Virus record (IMG/VR): IMGVR_UViG_3300009154_000120
Location: 1 to 38,356 of that record
DNA: 38,356 nt
Origin: a virus
Taxonomy: Duplodnaviria > Caudoviricetes
Strand: one strand, 5' to 3'
A program made the position numbers and the translations under genes. Position 1 is the first letter of the stretch; each line of letters starts with the position of its first letter. A model generated the notes under the pieces. It was not told where the DNA came from, ran no database searches, and was given only the letters and a program-made list of their open reading frames with translations. This document shows, one piece after another, positions 35,765 to 38,356 of this stretch.

Positions 35765-36385
35765 TTAAATAGTGTCGTATTCAATTCCTAGCGAATCATA
35801 CAATGCAGAAATCCACTTGTTTGCATCAGTATTACGCTGACGTTCCTTAAAAAGCTCAGTCTCATGATACTCAACATCCTTGTATGCACGGCGCAGAGCA
35901 TCATTATACTTATCAAGGGGCTTTGCCCAGCTAAGTTCAGTAAGACGTTTCATATCGTAATTGGTGTTGCAATCAAAGTCGATAGATTCATTGATTTGAT
36001 CAATCATAAAATTCTTAAGGTTTTCATGATCCCGTGTTGGTGGAAACCAGTTATACACCTTGGAACGCATATTTTCATATTTGTTCTTTAGCATAATTTT
36101 TTTATTAAAAGATTCTTGACTACAAGCAATCTCTTCTTCGATGACTTTCTTACCAAAAGCAGTGCGATCATTCACACCCTTCATTGCTTCAAGTTCAACA
36201 ACAGTCTTCTTTGCAATTGAAAGTGCATCAACATGATGGCTGCTTTCAACTCCACGAAGCTTTGGCTTGTCTTTCATATTATCGTCACGCTGATGCATCG
36301 TTGCACCAAAAGCACGAGAGCATCCTAGTACGTAGTCTTCAAATGACATATCTTTTTCAATGTCAGCAGTGTAATTAGTAGGCAT
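35765..36385 (-). CDS. Hypothetical phage protein (206 aa)
   Basis: GAAGGA RBS; MPT-x-YTA...C-x-RAFGA...W-x-PPT-x-x-H-x-x-LK-x-FM-x-x-QI-x-x-SI-x-x-DC motif seen in phage hypotheticals. Confidence 0.85.
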   Translation of the reverse strand: MPTNYTADIEKDMSFEDYVLGCSRAFGATMHQRDDNMKDKPKLRGVESSHHVDALSIAKKTVVELEAMKGVNDRTAFGKKVIEEEIACSQESFNKKIMLKNKYENMRSKVYNWFPPTRDHENLKNFMIDQINESIDFDCNTNYDMKRLTELSWAKPLDKYNDALRRAYKDVEYHETELFKERQRNTDANKWISALYDSLGIEYDTI

Positions 36386-36434
36386 TATATAATTCCTTCA
36401 AAAAATGGTAGGGATAGTTCAAAATCGTTTTCTA

Positions 36435-36511
36435 TGGTGTCCACGGTGGGATTCGAACCCACACTGTCAACATTTTAAGTGTCGTGCCTCCTGCCTTTGG
36501 GCTACGTGGAC
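36435..36511 (-). tRNA. tRNA-Leu (anticodon TAA), encoded CCA
   Basis: GTCCACG/CGTGGAC acceptor stem, discriminator A plus CCA; anticodon arm CGACA-CTTAAAA-TGTTG; T arm GTGGG-TTCGAAT-CCCAC; 5-nt variable loop. Confidence 0.93.
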
Positions 36512-36515
36512 ATTA

Positions 36516-36734
36516 TTAAAACATATTAACAATTCTTATAGTACTAGTGGGACTTGTGAAATAAGATACATTTTCTTCAAACTTATCAATCTCATAATCC
36601 ACCAAAATACCATATTCATTTTCAAGGTCTTCTGTAAAGTTATCTATACACCCAACCATAAAATCAAATATGTCATCTGTATTTTGAAACATATATCTGC
36701 AATTATCAAGATGAAACAGATAATATTCCGACAT
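36516..36734 (-). CDS. Hypothetical acidic protein (72 aa)
   Basis: First ORF after a sigma70 promoter; AGGG RBS-like sequence; fills the gap before the tRNA. Confidence 0.65.
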   Translation of the reverse strand: MSEYYLFHLDNCRYMFQNTDDIFDFMVGCIDNFTEDLENEYGILVDYEIDKFEENVSYFTSPTSTIRIVNMF

Positions 36735-36785
36735 TATTTATACCCTAATATTTGTACTATTTAAAAGTTTTACATCACAAATCAA

Positions 36786-36814
36786 TTTATACTCATATGG
36801 TTGCGATATGTCAA
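36786..36814 (-). promoter_or_regulatory. Sigma70-type early promoter
   Basis: TTGACA-N17-TATAAA. Confidence 0.75.
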
Positions 36815-36816
36815 GT

Positions 36817-36824
36817 GATAAATA
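36817..36824 (+). promoter_or_regulatory. Late promoter motif GATAAATA driving the ART genes
   Basis: TAAATA variant about 32 nt upstream of ATG 36857, back-to-back with the early promoter. Confidence 0.6.
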
Positions 36825-36856
36825 AACTATAACTCAATATTCTCATTCAGGGGTAA

Positions 36857-37789
36857 ATGATGCAAAGTTTTAAAAAGTTTCTTGAAGAAGCAAAATTTAA
36901 TAAGGGCACTATTATTGACGCCAATCCTGTTCATGGTGGGCACTCCAAGCCACCACAACAATCAAAGTTAATTGACAAACAACCTGTTCATGGTGCTCAT
37001 TCTAAGTCGCCACAAAAAATTAAAGAAAATAATGATGAAAACAGATATGATCTTGATAGTGAAGGCCATCAACATATAAAAGATTTTGTTCGTAGAAACT
37101 ATAATAATCATATTGGTAATGATACTTTTGAAGTGCATCATGCCCTAAACCCATCATTTGAAAAATTTGAAGAAAATAAACATTTCCCATCAATAAAAAA
37201 ATACTCAAGAAATTCATGGGAAACTAATAGAGAATTAATAAAAAATGCTACTGGAGAGAAATCATTATTTCACCATGGCACATATGATACAGATTTTGAC
37301 AAGTCAGAAAAAGATGAAAATGCCAGAATTCATAAAGAACATGTTAACAATTTAGATGCTTCTTTTCATCATCCAAATGCTGTACTAACTCGTGACGTAC
37401 ACGTATTTCATGGCACTAATAAATTTAACCCCGGCGAAGAAGCAAAGAAGGGCAGTGGGCGCATTACAATTCCATCATATTTGTCAACGTCTATTGATCC
37501 TAAAGTAGCATCAGATTTTGCAGGTGAAAATGGTGATTCTCATATTATTCATATTCATTTAAAAAAGGGACAAAGAGCGCATTATCTTGGAACAAATTCT
37601 CATTATGATCATGAAAAAGAAATGCTGCTTCCAAGAAATACAACACTTCAAATTCATCCGACACCAACGATCACTCATAATGGTGATGGAACAAAAACTC
37701 ACATTTGGCATGGTCATGTCGTCGGGGAGGCACAACCTGCTCCACGTTCAGACAATCATAACAAAGATCAAATGAAATTTAATTTCTGA
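36857..37789 (+). CDS. ADP-ribosyltransferase-fold protein (Alt / VIP2-C3-like) with capsid-targeting-like N-terminus
   Basis: IKKYS...TNREL helix, LD-x-x-F, VFHG (usually VYRG), YLSTSID, EKEMLLPRNT (ExE); N-terminus MQSFKKFLEE. Confidence 0.85.
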   Translation: MMQSFKKFLEEAKFNKGTIIDANPVHGGHSKPPQQSKLIDKQPVHGAHSKSPQKIKENNDENRYDLDSEGHQHIKDFVRRNYNNHIGNDTFEVHHALNPSFEKFEENKHFPSIKKYSRNSWETNRELIKNATGEKSLFHHGTYDTDFDKSEKDENARIHKEHVNNLDASFHHPNAVLTRDVHVFHGTNKFNPGEEAKKGSGRITIPSYLSTSIDPKVASDFAGENGDSHIIHIHLKKGQRAHYLGTNSHYDHEKEMLLPRNTTLQIHPTPTITHNGDGTKTHIWHGHVVGEAQPAPRSDNHNKDQMKFNF

Positions 37790-37796
37790 GGAAAGT

Positions 37797-38356
37797 ATGA
37801 TGAAAACATTTAAGCAGTTCATAAACAAAAAAACAGTACCAGTACCTGTTGCTGACTATTATCCTTCTCATGGATCACATGCACAGCAAGAAAAGAAAGT
37901 CCCTGTTGCTGACTATTATCCTTCTCATGGAAAGCATTCCATGAAGGAAGAAGCACAAAATACAATAGGTCTTAGAGAATTTGAGCAAAACAATCCAAAC
38001 AGTAAAATTGATTCTAGTGTTCACGGTGTAAACCAAAAGCTTGGTTCTTCTGAAGAAGAATGGGAAAAGAAATTAAAACCACATGAAATAGAAGCAGTTT
38101 CAAAATATACTGGTTCAAGTCATGGCTCAAACAAAGAACTTATTGATACTGGTAATGGAAGACCTTCAAACTTTGAACATAAAGAAAATGATGATAAATG
38201 GACAAAGGATTGGAAGAATGATCAGAAAAAAAGTCATGAAAAATTAGTATCAGGTCTTGACAGCATTCTTAATAGATCAAGAGTTCCAAGAAATATAACA
38301 GTCATGCATGGCATTAATGCAACATCAAGTGAAAATTTCAATCCAGGTGAACTTGC
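37797..38356 (+). CDS. Second ADP-ribosyltransferase-fold paralogue (partial; runs off the right edge)
   Basis: Not in the ORF track. MMKTFKQFINKK...EAVSKYTGSSHGSNKELI...LDSILNRSRVPRNITVMHGIN...FNPGEL aligns by eye with the upstream ART (SIKKYSRNSWETNRELI...LDASF...VFHGTNKFNPGEE). Confidence 0.8.
   Translation, partial: MMKTFKQFINKKTVPVPVADYYPSHGSHAQQEKKVPVADYYPSHGKHSMKEEAQNTIGLREFEQNNPNSKIDSSVHGVNQKLGSSEEEWEKKLKPHEIEAVSKYTGSSHGSNKELIDTGNGRPSNFEHKENDDKWTKDWKNDQKKSHEKLVSGLDSILNRSRVPRNITVMHGINATSSENFNPGEL
37845..37931 (+). repeat. 30-bp exact direct repeat CCTGTTGCTGACTATTATCCTTCTCATGGA (PVADYYPSHG twice)
   Basis: Copies at 37845-37874 and 37902-37931, 57-bp period, in frame. Confidence 0.9.

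Noticed and set aside
35762-35767. Stop-codon readthrough or recoded genetic code
   Set aside because: Two consecutive different stops (TAA TAG). TAA, TAG and TGA all terminate conserved genes at expected positions in this window, and the tRNA is not a suppressor.
36405-36764. 119-aa + strand ORF containing WCPRWDSNPH
   Set aside because: Typical artefact of translating the antisense strand of a tRNA gene.
37845-37931. 30-bp repeats with a 27-bp spacer as a mini-CRISPR
   Set aside because: Only two copies, non-palindromic, in frame within a coding sequence and mirrored by a peptide repeat in the paralogue; no cas genes.

Overview
AT-rich segment of a T4-like (Tevenvirinae-related) myovirus, most likely infecting an alphaproteobacterium. 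The host inference rests on an alpha-type circularly permuted tmRNA and an alpha-like rmlB remnant. 1-23592 (- strand) is a tail/baseplate late cluster: beta-helix tailspike-like gene (partial), fibre chaperone, short fibre, VrlC/DUF4815 split into two genes, gp8, gp7, gp6, gp25, an Ig-repeat protein, a lysozyme-less gp5, gp27-like hub, gp53 and gp48. 23680-30324 (+ strand) holds gp4, gp2, gp54, gp26, a gp51-like ORF and two tape-measure-like genes, the second with glucosaminidase and M23 domains. These are followed by gp32, gp59, gp33, a SleB-type hydrolase and an accessory region with tmRNA, tRNA-Leu and two tandem ADP-ribosyltransferase-fold genes. Best leads: (1) a T TTT TTT slippery site that would fuse gp26 to an ATG-less gp51-like ORF directly upstream of the tape measure genes, as in lambda G/GT; (2) a ~270-nt densely paired, possibly pseudoknotted leader RNA upstream of the SleB gene; (3) tandem, probably capsid-packaged ARTs with His replacing the canonical Arg and with HGxH repeats; (4) a two-piece tmRNA with a long structured intervening segment. 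All family calls come from motif recognition by eye; no database searches were run.
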